IMG/VR virus record: IMGVR_UViG_3300033067_001837
Span: 46,583-110,582 of that record
Source of the DNA: a virus
Lineage: Duplodnaviria > Caudoviricetes
Reading direction: 5' to 3' (one strand)
Length of the DNA: 64,000 nucleotides
Part shown: piece after piece, positions 11,042-20,036 of the stretch
Numbering within the stretch: position 1 is the stretch's first letter
Layout of the letters: each line of letters begins with the position of its first letter
Program-made: the position numbers and the translations under genes
Notes under the pieces: generated by a model
Told to the model about the DNA's origin: nothing
Seen by the model: the letters and a program-made list of their open reading frames with translations, nothing else
Database searches by the model: none

Positions 11042-12799
11042 TCACCGTCTCCGACTGAGCGGTTCAACCGCTACTCGTAATTGATCAATTTCTGCTGGGC
11101 CAACCCCTTGCAGACCTAACGCATAGTACACTGACTGAATGCCACGACCCGGCTTAACTACCCCGTCTCGATAGCTCTCTCTAGTCATTGGTGGCAACCG
11201 ATACTGCCACTGTTGTTTACGCCCATACCGATCACTAATAACCTGCAATGTTATGTCACCCTTGGTGCGAGCCTGGCAATTCACGTCGCGAATCCGCTTC
11301 AATAAATCAGTCCCCAGGTTACTAAACCCAGTTTGCATCGTCCACACAATATCACCATCATCATCCTGCTCGGCGTCTACGGCAAACAGACCGTTAGCGG
11401 TAGCTAGATACAGTGTCCCCTGGAACTGCGCCATTCCGCGAACTGCATGGGTAAACAGATAGGTGCTCACTGCGCCGGTTTCTGCGTTCACCACATGAAC
11501 GGTCTCAGTAGTCTGTCCGAGCAACATATCACTGGCAATCAAGGTGTCAGATAACACCCCCGCCAATACTAACGAACTCCCCAAGAGTTCGCTTATCAAT
11601 AACGGTGCGTCTTCTTCCAAAGTCGGCGCGTAAACCGTTATCAGGTTAACCAACGTCTCTGTGATCAGTAATGCGTCAGCTAACACTGGCGCAGATGTTG
11701 CCTCATTACCAACCAGCGTTTCACTGATCGTTAGAACATCGACTATTTCAACCCAGGCAGACGAAGCAATTTCTTCCGTGATATAAACTACATCCGACAG
11801 TCCACCAAGAAGATGTTGGTGGCTATGCAACACATCAATAATCGCTAAAGTATCGACTAATTCAGGCAATAAAAACTGCGAATTCAGTGTTTCGCTGATC
11901 GCTAAAGTATCGACTAACGGCCCATGTAGAACAACGCCAAGCTGTTCTGTCGGCTGCAAATCCTCCTGGATCGTTCCCTGGAGCCATACTGCCCCTGACA
12001 GGTTCTCAGTAATAACCGCCGCGTCTGCAAAAGGCAGTGCAGAATCATCTAGTTCCTCTGAAATCAGCAGCGTATCACGCAGTATGTCACTAACAACGAC
12101 GCCAGTTAGCGTCTCACTAACAACTAGCGCATCTTCAATCGCTTCTACTTCTTGTCGATTAGTAAGAACCGTGATTTCGGTTTGGTCTACAAACTCTTCA
12201 GATATTAATGTCCCAGAAACATCATAAACTAACCGAGCTAAAAGCCCTTCAACAATATCCGGCTTCTCCTTACCATTAATAAACCCTGGCCCAGTATATT
12301 CAATAAACCCAAAATTAAACGATGCAACATCTTGAGTTTCTACCCCGGCAGCAGTTGCAACCCACTTCATTAAAAAGTTAGACGTTAAACTCGCAGCATC
12401 AGGTAACTCTATTGAAACTAATGCTCCATGCCTTACACCAATTCCAACATATCCTTCCCCAGTAAATTCAACAACGTCTGAAGATTCTGTAGCTATTAGA
12501 GTTGTTGTAATATCCCTAGCATCCGTTACTCCTACTAAAGTAACTACATCATGGGCAGAAATGGATATTAGCGTTGCACTAATCGGCTCAACAGGCTGTG
12601 GAACAATAACTTCTAAATACCCAACATCCGCCTGCTCTACGGCTATTAAGCTCGCAGTTATCGGTTCAATATCAGGCGCGGATCGGAGAACTAGCAGAGT
12701 TCCAACAGGATGCTCATAAGGAGACTTTAAAACCAAGTCAGCCGTGTAAACGTGGCTAGTAGGTTCACCGCCGAAGTTAAGATTAACTATTGTTGCCAT
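11042..12799 (-). CDS. Acidic tail-associated protein with D(T/A)L.ISE.L repeats
   Basis: 585 aa with more than 10 imperfect ~16-aa repeats. C-terminal domain (VVNAETGAVSTY...TGFSNLGT..KR) resembles podovirus tail stabilisation proteins. Confidence 0.6.
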   Translation of the reverse strand: MATIVNLNFGGEPTSHVYTADLVLKSPYEHPVGTLLVLRSAPDIEPITASLIAVEQADVGYLEVIVPQPVEPISATLISISAHDVVTLVGVTDARDITTTLIATESSDVVEFTGEGYVGIGVRHGALVSIELPDAASLTSNFLMKWVATAAGVETQDVASFNFGFIEYTGPGFINGKEKPDIVEGLLARLVYDVSGTLISEEFVDQTEITVLTNRQEVEAIEDALVVSETLTGVVVSDILRDTLLISEELDDSALPFADAAVITENLSGAVWLQGTIQEDLQPTEQLGVVLHGPLVDTLAISETLNSQFLLPELVDTLAIIDVLHSHQHLLGGLSDVVYITEEIASSAWVEIVDVLTISETLVGNEATSAPVLADALLITETLVNLITVYAPTLEEDAPLLISELLGSSLVLAGVLSDTLIASDMLLGQTTETVHVVNAETGAVSTYLFTHAVRGMAQFQGTLYLATANGLFAVDAEQDDDGDIVWTMQTGFSNLGTDLLKRIRDVNCQARTKGDITLQVISDRYGRKQQWQYRLPPMTRESYRDGVVKPGRGIQSVYYALGLQGVGPAEIDQLRVAVEPLSRRR

Positions 12800-13677
12800 T
12801 AGCTAGGCACCACTCGATCTTGTATAACGGCTGTTTGCTGGGGTTCAGTATGATCAAACGCTACTACATAAAACTCGCGGGTAGTTGATAATCCGGTAAA
12901 TGTGTATTGTCCGTTAGAATCACTCCAAGTTGTTTGAACTAATGCTCCAGTCTCTGAATCATGTATACGAGCCATGTAGGCACCAGGAACTAAAAATTCC
13001 GTTATAGTCCCAGAAACTACTCCTTCTCCCGCTATAACTTCCCCGCCGTTCGAGTCAAACTCAGGATATTCAATAGAATTGAACCCAGCCGGAGGAGTAT
13101 AAGTAAAATCGGCTTCTGCAAAATGCGCCGTTATATACTGCACAATAGTATAGCTATATACATTAACCGCTGGGTAAAGCGGTAATGATATATTTAACCC
13201 AGAAACAGCCGGAGTAGCGTCAATACCCGGCGTTCCTCCGCCTACCCATACCCCGTCAATAGATACCCAAAAATCTCCAGAGTATAAATCATAAGCAATC
13301 CCTACAACATTATTTGTAATCCATACAGGCAAATAGGCAATAATTTCACTATCCGAACTACCTATTTTCGTATATCTAATGGTACCCTTAGCTTCTACCC
13401 CAAATCCATCCTCTGTTCTAATAAAATGAGAAGTTCCTATATCTGAATTAAGTAAAACATGGTTTTTTGTTACTAATCCTATAGCCATAACTGGATTTTC
13501 TGCAAAATTTGTAACCATATGGCACTCAAAATACCATCGCCCTCCACCCAATTTTGCCCGAGTAGCCCGTGCAATTCTAGGAGTACCAGTTCCAGCTAAC
13601 GGAGTAGCTTTTAAATTTCCATCAGACAATGCAACATTAGCATCTTTATCATCCGGGTTCCACGTTACAGTTGCCAT
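12799..13677 (-). CDS. SPRY/B30.2-like domain tail protein
   Basis: TWNP.DK..NV.LSDGNL, GRWYFE, VVGIAYDL..G, LYPAV motifs. C-terminal prealbumin-like fold (TTWSDSNGQYTFTGL). Confidence 0.7.
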   Translation of the reverse strand: MATVTWNPDDKDANVALSDGNLKATPLAGTGTPRIARATRAKLGGGRWYFECHMVTNFAENPVMAIGLVTKNHVLLNSDIGTSHFIRTEDGFGVEAKGTIRYTKIGSSDSEIIAYLPVWITNNVVGIAYDLYSGDFWVSIDGVWVGGGTPGIDATPAVSGLNISLPLYPAVNVYSYTIVQYITAHFAEADFTYTPPAGFNSIEYPEFDSNGGEVIAGEGVVSGTITEFLVPGAYMARIHDSETGALVQTTWSDSNGQYTFTGLSTTREFYVVAFDHTEPQQTAVIQDRVVPS

Positions 13678-13678
13678 T

Positions 13679-15463
13679 TTAAATTACCGTAATCGCGCCT
13701 AGTGCATCAAAATCCCGCGAGTATGTCTCATAATCAGACTGACTCGCTACTCCCACTACAAAATAATCCCCTGGAGCTACATTATTAAACTCCCAAGCAC
13801 CCGTTAGGCCATCTGATACCGTAGTGCCCACTTTATCTCCATTAGGGTAAGTGTAAAGATGTACCGTTCTAGCTGCAAAATTACCCAATGAAGTATCCAA
13901 TCGCAAAGTGCCACTAATTACTGAAGTATTTTCATTAACATTTACCTGTAACGGAACAATAGCTGAATCTGTTAAAGCAGGAACACTTGAATCTGTTACC
14001 ATAACCTCTACATTTTCACTACCATCAGTAGTAAACGTAGTAGTTAATAACCCGGCAGTAGATAAATTCGCGGCATCTGTCCAACTTTTACTAATTAAAC
14101 TCCAAAAGTAAGGTGAAGTGCCTCCGATAGCTGTACCCACCGAAGCAGTATACGCCACATTAACTGTAGCATCTGGCATTATTGCTGGAACAATACTAAG
14201 TGCCGTCACTCCACCGCTCGTAGTTACAGAAAAAGTAGCTACTCCCGTATCGGTTTGAAGCAGAGCATCAGTAACCGTAACTTGAACTGTATACTCTCCT
14301 AAACTAATCGGAGTAAATGAAATCACATTAGCTACTATTGTAAAAACTGTAACATTAGTCGAATCTTTAACTGTACCAGACCAACTAATAGGAACAATTC
14401 CTCCAGTAGTCGTACCAATCGTTTCATTATATAATTCATTAACGATTGCTGTTGGTAAAGAATTAATTGATAAAATTGGCGGGCCAGATGAAACAGACAC
14501 AACCGCTGTGGTATAAATAGCGGTATAAACGTCGTGGTAACTAAAATCAACTTCTGTAAATGGTGTATAAGTAACAAAGTCAGTTGTTGTAGCCAAACTA
14601 GATACAGCCCCAACAATCATATACTTTGAATCACCATACACAACATCGTTAATAATCTCTGTGTGTGTATAAACTAAAGTCCATGTTGTCCCGTTTGTTG
14701 ACTTATATATCAAATTATCAGATATAATATACAATCCATCACTTGTCGCAAGGCACCCGTTGTTTGTTAAAGGCGCACCACTTCCAATAACTGTCCAAGT
14801 TGTTCCGCCATTTAAAGTAAACACTGAAGTTCTTGGGAATCCAGTCGTGACAATCCCATAACTCCCTGAAATCATACTTACTTTTAATGTACCATCTATA
14901 TAAAAAGTTCCAGAAGATGTACTAGACTCGCTTGACCAAGTAATTCCATTCGTAGATGTTCTCCATTTTAAAGTAGTTAAAGCGCCTAATACCGTATAGA
15001 ATGCATACAATGTGCTGCCGACAATAGTTAATACCGGTATAGAGTTAACAGGGTATGGAGATGGTGAGAACGTGTACATCAAAACCGGGCTACCAGTATC
15101 ATACAATCGCATTAAATGGTAAGACGGACTTGATGAAGCATTTTTATACGGTAAAAAGTCAATTCCGTTAAACCGTAACGGTATCCCATATCTACTATCG
15201 CTAGAGATATAATACGAATTAGAAAAATAATCAATATCTGATAATCGTGATTGCAGCGCACCGATAAACGAAGTTCCAACATAATAGGTAGGAGAAAAAT
15301 AAAAGCTATTTTCCGTTATATGGAGTTTAGTGGTAGAAATAATAGTATCTGTTATATTATTCCCAATAGTAACAATATCCGACACAGTATCGTAAACATA
15401 TAATCGCCGTGCCCCATTAAAAGACCCACTAACCTCGCCAGCTATAAAGACCCAATTGCCCAT
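13679..15463 (-). CDS. Putative tail fibre/receptor-binding protein with Asp-box-like repeats and two Ig-like domains
   Basis: STNGITW, TLNGGTTW and STNGTTW repeats; two (L/M)P.A.VN..Y...GG..P..WS units. Confidence 0.6.
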   Translation of the reverse strand: MGNWVFIAGEVSGSFNGARRLYVYDTVSDIVTIGNNITDTIISTTKLHITENSFYFSPTYYVGTSFIGALQSRLSDIDYFSNSYYISSDSRYGIPLRFNGIDFLPYKNASSSPSYHLMRLYDTGSPVLMYTFSPSPYPVNSIPVLTIVGSTLYAFYTVLGALTTLKWRTSTNGITWSSESSTSSGTFYIDGTLKVSMISGSYGIVTTGFPRTSVFTLNGGTTWTVIGSGAPLTNNGCLATSDGLYIISDNLIYKSTNGTTWTLVYTHTEIINDVVYGDSKYMIVGAVSSLATTTDFVTYTPFTEVDFSYHDVYTAIYTTAVVSVSSGPPILSINSLPTAIVNELYNETIGTTTGGIVPISWSGTVKDSTNVTVFTIVANVISFTPISLGEYTVQVTVTDALLQTDTGVATFSVTTSGGVTALSIVPAIMPDATVNVAYTASVGTAIGGTSPYFWSLISKSWTDAANLSTAGLLTTTFTTDGSENVEVMVTDSSVPALTDSAIVPLQVNVNENTSVISGTLRLDTSLGNFAARTVHLYTYPNGDKVGTTVSDGLTGAWEFNNVAPGDYFVVGVASQSDYETYSRDFDALGAITVI

Positions 15464-15508
15464 CGTCTTTCTCCTACTCCCCGGAGAATCGGGGAGTGTT
15501 AGCTTTGA

Positions 15509-15922
15509 TTAAGCGTTGCCTTCGGTGATCTTCGAGATGCCGCCTGAAGTATCCAAACTCACCTCACCGCCTGTCACAATATTGACGTTGTTCAGGATGA
15601 TCTCTTTTCCCGAACTCGTCGGGCCGACCGTGAAATCCGCTACCGCTGCATCTGCCGAAGTCGTCGCCCGTGCGTAACCTGCCGTACCATCAGCGACCGC
15701 TGTTCCTGCGGTGACTGCCGAAAAGGTCAACACGCCATTGGACACGGTACCAGACGGATCGGAGAACGTCAGCGTCACTAGAAGTGTCCCGGTTGCCGCA
15801 CTGTTAACTCCAGGTGACGTTCCGGTATAGATTTTCAGCTTCCCCGCACCGGAACCCGCATCAATCGCAGTCAGTACGTCAGTAATGCGCGTAGTCCGTA
15901 AACTTGTTATATAAGAAGGCAT
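15509..15922 (-). CDS. Small tail/virion structural protein
   Basis: GKLKIYTGT.P...A.GTLLVTLT...A.ADGTA.YAR motif common in phage tail modules. Confidence 0.65.
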   Translation of the reverse strand: MPSYITSLRTTRITDVLTAIDAGSGAGKLKIYTGTSPGVNSAATGTLLVTLTFSDPSGTVSNGVLTFSAVTAGTAVADGTAGYARATTSADAAVADFTVGPTSSGKEIILNNVNIVTGGEVSLDTSGGISKITEGNA

Positions 15923-15935
15923 CGGTTATTACTCC

Positions 15936-16532
15936 TTACGCATTCGCCAGGGACACAGAATAAGTCACCGATAGCTGATCACCGGTAGTCGGTAATGAGC
16001 GCACCGTTCCATACTTCACAGCGGTTAACAAGACTCCAGACGTACTGGCTTTAGTTGAACTCGACAACAACCCGCAGCCCCATACGGACACGCTATCTGA
16101 TGCAGTCGTAAACACCGCAGGATTACTGGTATTGTGAGTGGTTTTGCTGGCAGGAACAGATTCCACAAACTCAACACGAGTCGCTTGTGAATACTGCGTG
16201 GTCAACTCAGTGGCCGTAGACGAGAAAGTCGCTGCCGTTAGCGTATCCGCTAACGTTATGTTGCCGCTAAAAGGGGCCAGATAGAACGCTGTGTAGCGAG
16301 TTCCGTTCCCAATCGCCGCACTTAACAGATAGTTGATTCCTTCTGTTGTCAATAGGTTCGGGTATTTCTGAGTTCCTAGTCCATCCGGTGCGGTGACCTG
16401 GTAAACTCCCTTAATTGTCGCATGAGCGATCAGTAACTCACCCCGCTCATTAACGTCGTAATTAAAATTACGAAAGTGCCGATACAAATCACGCCAATAT
16501 TTAGGCTTTAGCGCCTGTGTTATTTCCAACAT
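15936..16532 (-). CDS. Tail/virion structural protein
   Basis: NLLTTEGINYLL...Y...TRV...T.N..NPAVFT; related to 19509..20015. Start MLEIT at 16532. Confidence 0.6.
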   Translation of the reverse strand: MLEITQALKPKYWRDLYRHFRNFNYDVNERGELLIAHATIKGVYQVTAPDGLGTQKYPNLLTTEGINYLLSAAIGNGTRYTAFYLAPFSGNITLADTLTAATFSSTATELTTQYSQATRVEFVESVPASKTTHNTSNPAVFTTASDSVSVWGCGLLSSSTKASTSGVLLTAVKYGTVRSLPTTGDQLSVTYSVSLANA

Positions 16533-16536
16533 CGTT

Positions 16537-16551
16537 CTGTCCTCTCGACAG
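16537..16551 (-). promoter_or_regulatory. Conserved leader hairpin CTGTC-GAGAG-GACAG
   Basis: 4 nt upstream of ATG 16532; one of six copies. Confidence 0.55.
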
Positions 16552-16728
16552 TTAAAATTTACCGACTGGACAACGGGTTGCCGTTCTCCCAATAATTAAA
16601 CAACCGCAGTGTCCGCAGCGTTTAAACACAATTCCTTTTAGCGTCGAGCACCGAAGATGCTCACACTTTTCACAAATCGCTTTCCTCCGATCTCGCTCTT
16701 CTTTAGATCGCGTTAAGCGCCACACCAT
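16552..16728 (-). CDS. Small Cys-rich zinc-binding protein (DUF6171-like)
   Basis: RR.AIC..CEH...RC..CGC...CPVGKF. Confidence 0.6.
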   Translation of the reverse strand: MVWRLTRSKEERDRRKAICEKCEHLRCSTLKGIVFKRCGHCGCLIIGRTATRCPVGKF

Positions 16729-17974
16729 TAGCAAAAACCTCAGAAACAATAATGTCCGACGCTTGCTGTTCTGTATGATCTACGGAGTTCGCCATTAACA
16801 CTTGTCGCAGCCCGTCATGAACACAATAGGCGAGTACGCCCTGCTCACTATTCCCAGCGCTATACCTCTCCTGCGTAGTGCGAACCAGAATACCTCCCGG
16901 CTTCCCAACACAGAGATACCCATCCCGATCTAAAAACGCACACTGGCGAGAGGGAAAAGAACCTTGCCCCAGGAATAAATCATAAGGAACTTCCAGGACT
17001 GACCCTCGAGCCGCTCCAACACTGGCGACCGGGCGCTGCGTCATTTCGTAAGCATTACTGCCCTGTAGATAATAGATTCTATCCGCCAGGCCCACATAGA
17101 TTCCGTCCTCGGCGGCTCCTAATAATTGAATCGATGATTCAAACTGGTAGAATCCACGCGACGGAAAAACACAGTGCGGGGATAATTCGCTGGTAAACCA
17201 TAATACGTTCCCAGTCGCGCACCACAGCCGCCCTTTAAACGCTACCAAGCACTGCCCAGCAAACGGGCGAACCGCATAAAGACCTTCCAACCGTTTACCA
17301 ATGGGTGCGTTACTCAACAGCACCGTTGTAGCCTGTGGGGCGATAACAGCCTGCCGCAACAACTCGACTGGCCCGTTTTGTTCAGTTCGATAAATCGCAA
17401 AATTCACCCCGGATGCTGTAGGGGTCGTAACGCTCACCCCCCACCCATCTGGAACATCCAGCGTCACCACTTCAGAAGCAGGTGACTCTAACCCACTGGC
17501 ATTTACCGCTGTCATCGCAACCCGGTATGATCCGCCAATCAGCCCTCCCGCCTCTACCAAACTGGCCTGGGGTGGTGGTGGTGAGTTGAGTCCCCAAGTC
17601 GCTAATTCGCCCTGTGAAGTAATTCGCCCAATCGAACCTTGATCCATCCAGTAAATTTCGTCATTCAGTACTGCGTAGTAAACCGTACCAACCACATCAG
17701 ATAGCTCAACAATCTGATTATCTTTAGTAAGACGACAAAGACTATTATCCTTAACGACTACCGCAAACTGCCCACGCGGATGGACAAAAAACGAATGAAA
17801 ATCTCCACTCAGTATTGATCGCAATCCTTTCCGGCATAGCAACCCGCCATCTCGAGTCACATCCAGATTGCTCGCAGTCCGCAACGCTCCTTCAGGAAGC
17901 GCATATTCTCGGCTACGGTTATCGATCCCGTTAGGAAACTTAAAGGTTAGAGCCTTGTTTTCGGCTTCGGCCAT
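16703..17974 (-). CDS. Tail stabilisation/nozzle-like structural protein
   Basis: F.FPNGIDNR..E...P.G.LR.A.NLDV...G.L..RKG N-terminus; beta-propeller-like. Start MAEAENK. Confidence 0.6.
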   Translation of the reverse strand: MAEAENKALTFKFPNGIDNRSREYALPEGALRTASNLDVTRDGGLLCRKGLRSILSGDFHSFFVHPRGQFAVVVKDNSLCRLTKDNQIVELSDVVGTVYYAVLNDEIYWMDQGSIGRITSQGELATWGLNSPPPPQASLVEAGGLIGGSYRVAMTAVNASGLESPASEVVTLDVPDGWGVSVTTPTASGVNFAIYRTEQNGPVELLRQAVIAPQATTVLLSNAPIGKRLEGLYAVRPFAGQCLVAFKGRLWCATGNVLWFTSELSPHCVFPSRGFYQFESSIQLLGAAEDGIYVGLADRIYYLQGSNAYEMTQRPVASVGAARGSVLEVPYDLFLGQGSFPSRQCAFLDRDGYLCVGKPGGILVRTTQERYSAGNSEQGVLAYCVHDGLRQVLMANSVDHTEQQASDIIVSEVFANGVALNAI

Positions 17975-17975
17975 G

Positions 17976-18182
17976 TTATAAATTACCCGATGGCTGAATA
18001 TATAGATAGGGAAGACCATCCATCTTCTGCAATCGCTGGCACAATTCCTGTCCATCTTTTGCAGTGAACCGTGCGCCTTTATTGCGGAACAGCAAATAAT
18101 CGCCCATAACGAATACAGCGAGAAGGATAATTAAGATAAATAGAGCCACGGAGAAGCGCCAATGCTGTGTCAATTTCCCCAA
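17976..18182 (-). CDS. Small membrane protein
   Basis: One strongly hydrophobic helix (VALFILIILLAVFVM). Confidence 0.5.
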   Translation of the reverse strand: MGKLTQHWRFSVALFILIILLAVFVMGDYLLFRNKGARFTAKDGQELCQRLQKMDGLPYLYIQPSGNL

Positions 18183-18658
18183 CTCCTTACCGTAAATGGA
18201 ATCGCTGGACTCACAAATACCTGTCGCTGCAACAAAAAATCAAACGGATTGCAGTAATAACGCGCATGGATTTGAAAAACACACTGTCCAGGAATAGCTT
18301 CATATGGGACTTGCACCGGAATCGTCAAGCGTCCTTCAAATCCAGCTTCCAGCGTTGAATGTTTGTCACTAATAACGAAATACCCGCATTGTCCCGTCAC
18401 AACGCGATGAATCATCCCGTCGCAGTTTCGCAGCTTCTTGACAGGCTGGTAGAAAACAATTACTTCACTCGGATACGCTAAGTCATTATCGGCGACTGTT
18501 CCTTGCGAAAACTCCACAGCGGGCGCGGTATCTTCATACCAGATGGAGACCTCCCGCCAGCCCCACACGCCCCAGGCAACGAATACCAGGGTGAGGATGG
18601 AGACGATCAGCCATTTGGCTTGCTGGCAAAATTGACAGGTATCTTCCCATAGGTTCAT
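18170..18658 (-). CDS. Membrane-anchored hypothetical protein
   Basis: N-terminal TM helix then a Cys-containing beta domain; start coupled to the upstream stop. Confidence 0.55.
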   Translation of the reverse strand: MNLWEDTCQFCQQAKWLIVSILTLVFVAWGVWGWREVSIWYEDTAPAVEFSQGTVADNDLAYPSEVIVFYQPVKKLRNCDGMIHRVVTGQCGYFVISDKHSTLEAGFEGRLTIPVQVPYEAIPGQCVFQIHARYYCNPFDFLLQRQVFVSPAIPFTVRSWGN

Positions 18659-19074
18659 TACTGATTCCCCATCCACTTCCGAAACGCTTCAATGCTGGCG
18701 GCGGTTCCGCCAATCGTCATGAGGATTGCAATGATAATTGCCATGGCCTTTTGCATCGTACGACTGGCTTCCGACATCGCTTGTGCGGCTTCCAGCGGTT
18801 TCCTATTTGCTTCCTGATACTGAATAAACTCCGTTCGCAACTGCACGAACTCACCTTGCAGCTTTAGAATCAACCGATCTTTGGCAGAGGATTCTTCACG
18901 CAACTGACGTATTTCTGCCCGATATTCCCGCTCGACTTCCTGCTTAAACTGCCGTGCCGAATCAGGTTCACGCAGATCTCGGATAGACCGCCGCTGCTCA
19001 CTCAACTGTTTTTCTAATGAGATTAATGAACCTGTGAGATCGTCAGCGAGTTCAGTGATAGCATCTTGGGTCAT
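18658..19074 (-). CDS. Coiled-coil protein with C-terminal TM helix
   Basis: Start MTQDAIT overlaps the upstream stop (ATGA); AMAIIIAILMTIGG helix. Confidence 0.55.
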   Translation of the reverse strand: MTQDAITELADDLTGSLISLEKQLSEQRRSIRDLREPDSARQFKQEVEREYRAEIRQLREESSAKDRLILKLQGEFVQLRTEFIQYQEANRKPLEAAQAMSEASRTMQKAMAIIIAILMTIGGTAASIEAFRKWMGNQ

Positions 19075-19430
19075 AGCTGTTTCACTACCAGCGTTGCGGA
19101 ATGATCGATATTCAACCGACCGAGATTCACGCTGCCGACCGTTTCCGTAGATTTGCGATGGGTCACGGTCACGGTCGTTACACACCTAGTAACAGAGAAT
19201 TGCACCCCGTAGACCTCGGTAAATGCAGTACCTTCACTATCTGTCATATCGCCCAGGTAAGTGGAATCCGTTACCACGGTTCCACCTTCGCACAAGGCTG
19301 AATGCGCGGTGATCGTCTCGCCATCGCGCAACCAGTCGCCATAACTGAAATACACCCAGTCGGTTCCATCAGGATCAACTGGGTCGTATTTCAGTACAAC
19401 CGGGGTTTTCTTTGTGTGCGTGTAGGCCAT
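19071..19430 (-). CDS. Fibre-tail adaptor-like protein
   Basis: DP...DW..F.YGDWL..GETI motif. Confidence 0.55.
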   Translation of the reverse strand: MAYTHTKKTPVVLKYDPVDPDGTDWVYFSYGDWLRDGETITAHSALCEGGTVVTDSTYLGDMTDSEGTAFTEVYGVQFSVTRCVTTVTVTHRKSTETVGSVNLGRLNIDHSATLVVKQL

Positions 19431-19508
19431 TTAGGTTGTTCCTATCCAGTCAAATCATGTGCTTTCATGCGCCACTCCAAGATACAGTTAAAATGGCGCA
19501 CTATAACA

Positions 19509-20015
19509 TTAAGTAGCAGCAGCAGTTAACGTAATTGTTACAGTTAAACTGTCGCCACTAGAAGCAGCCTTGTTCCCACCCGTAAACGCCCCAGCCCCGT
19601 ACAGGGTTCCGGTACTGCCTGACTTGGTGCTGTTGGATACCACAAACCCGCCACCAATAGTGACGGTGCCATTAATGCTGAACGTGGCTTTCGATGCGGT
19701 ATTGCTGACACTTCCTCCGCTCACAGAACCCAACGTCAAGGTCTGACGAACCGACTCAGAGTAATCAGCAATCTCCGTCCAGCCGCTATGGGAACTCATA
19801 GTATCGCCCGCTGCGACGGTCGGCGTTCCACTGGTCAGCCCGACATACCACGCTGCTGTGTAGGTAGACCCTTTCAAATACTTGTCGAGAATGTCATTCA
19901 GTCCCTCCGTGGTGACGAGGTTTTCAATCGTTTCCCGCCACTTCAACTGGCCATCGGGGCCATGGCATTCGATTTCGTAGTAGTTCTCTAACTTGATGGG
20001 ATTACCGAGTTCCAT
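19509..20015 (-). CDS. Tail/virion structural protein
   Basis: DG.LKW.E...NLVTTEGLN.IL...WYVGL...GWTE...Y...RQ motif. Confidence 0.65.
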   Translation of the reverse strand: MELGNPIKLENYYEIECHGPDGQLKWRETIENLVTTEGLNDILDKYLKGSTYTAAWYVGLTSGTPTVAAGDTMSSHSGWTEIADYSESVRQTLTLGSVSGGSVSNTASKATFSINGTVTIGGGFVVSNSTKSGSTGTLYGAGAFTGGNKAASSGDSLTVTITLTAAAT

Positions 20016-20036
20016 AATTACACCTGTACAAAAGAA

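Noticed and set aside
11841-11917. 20-bp direct repeat ATCGCTAAAGTATCGACTAA
   Set aside because: Explained by the protein repeat LVDTLAI within the tail gene.
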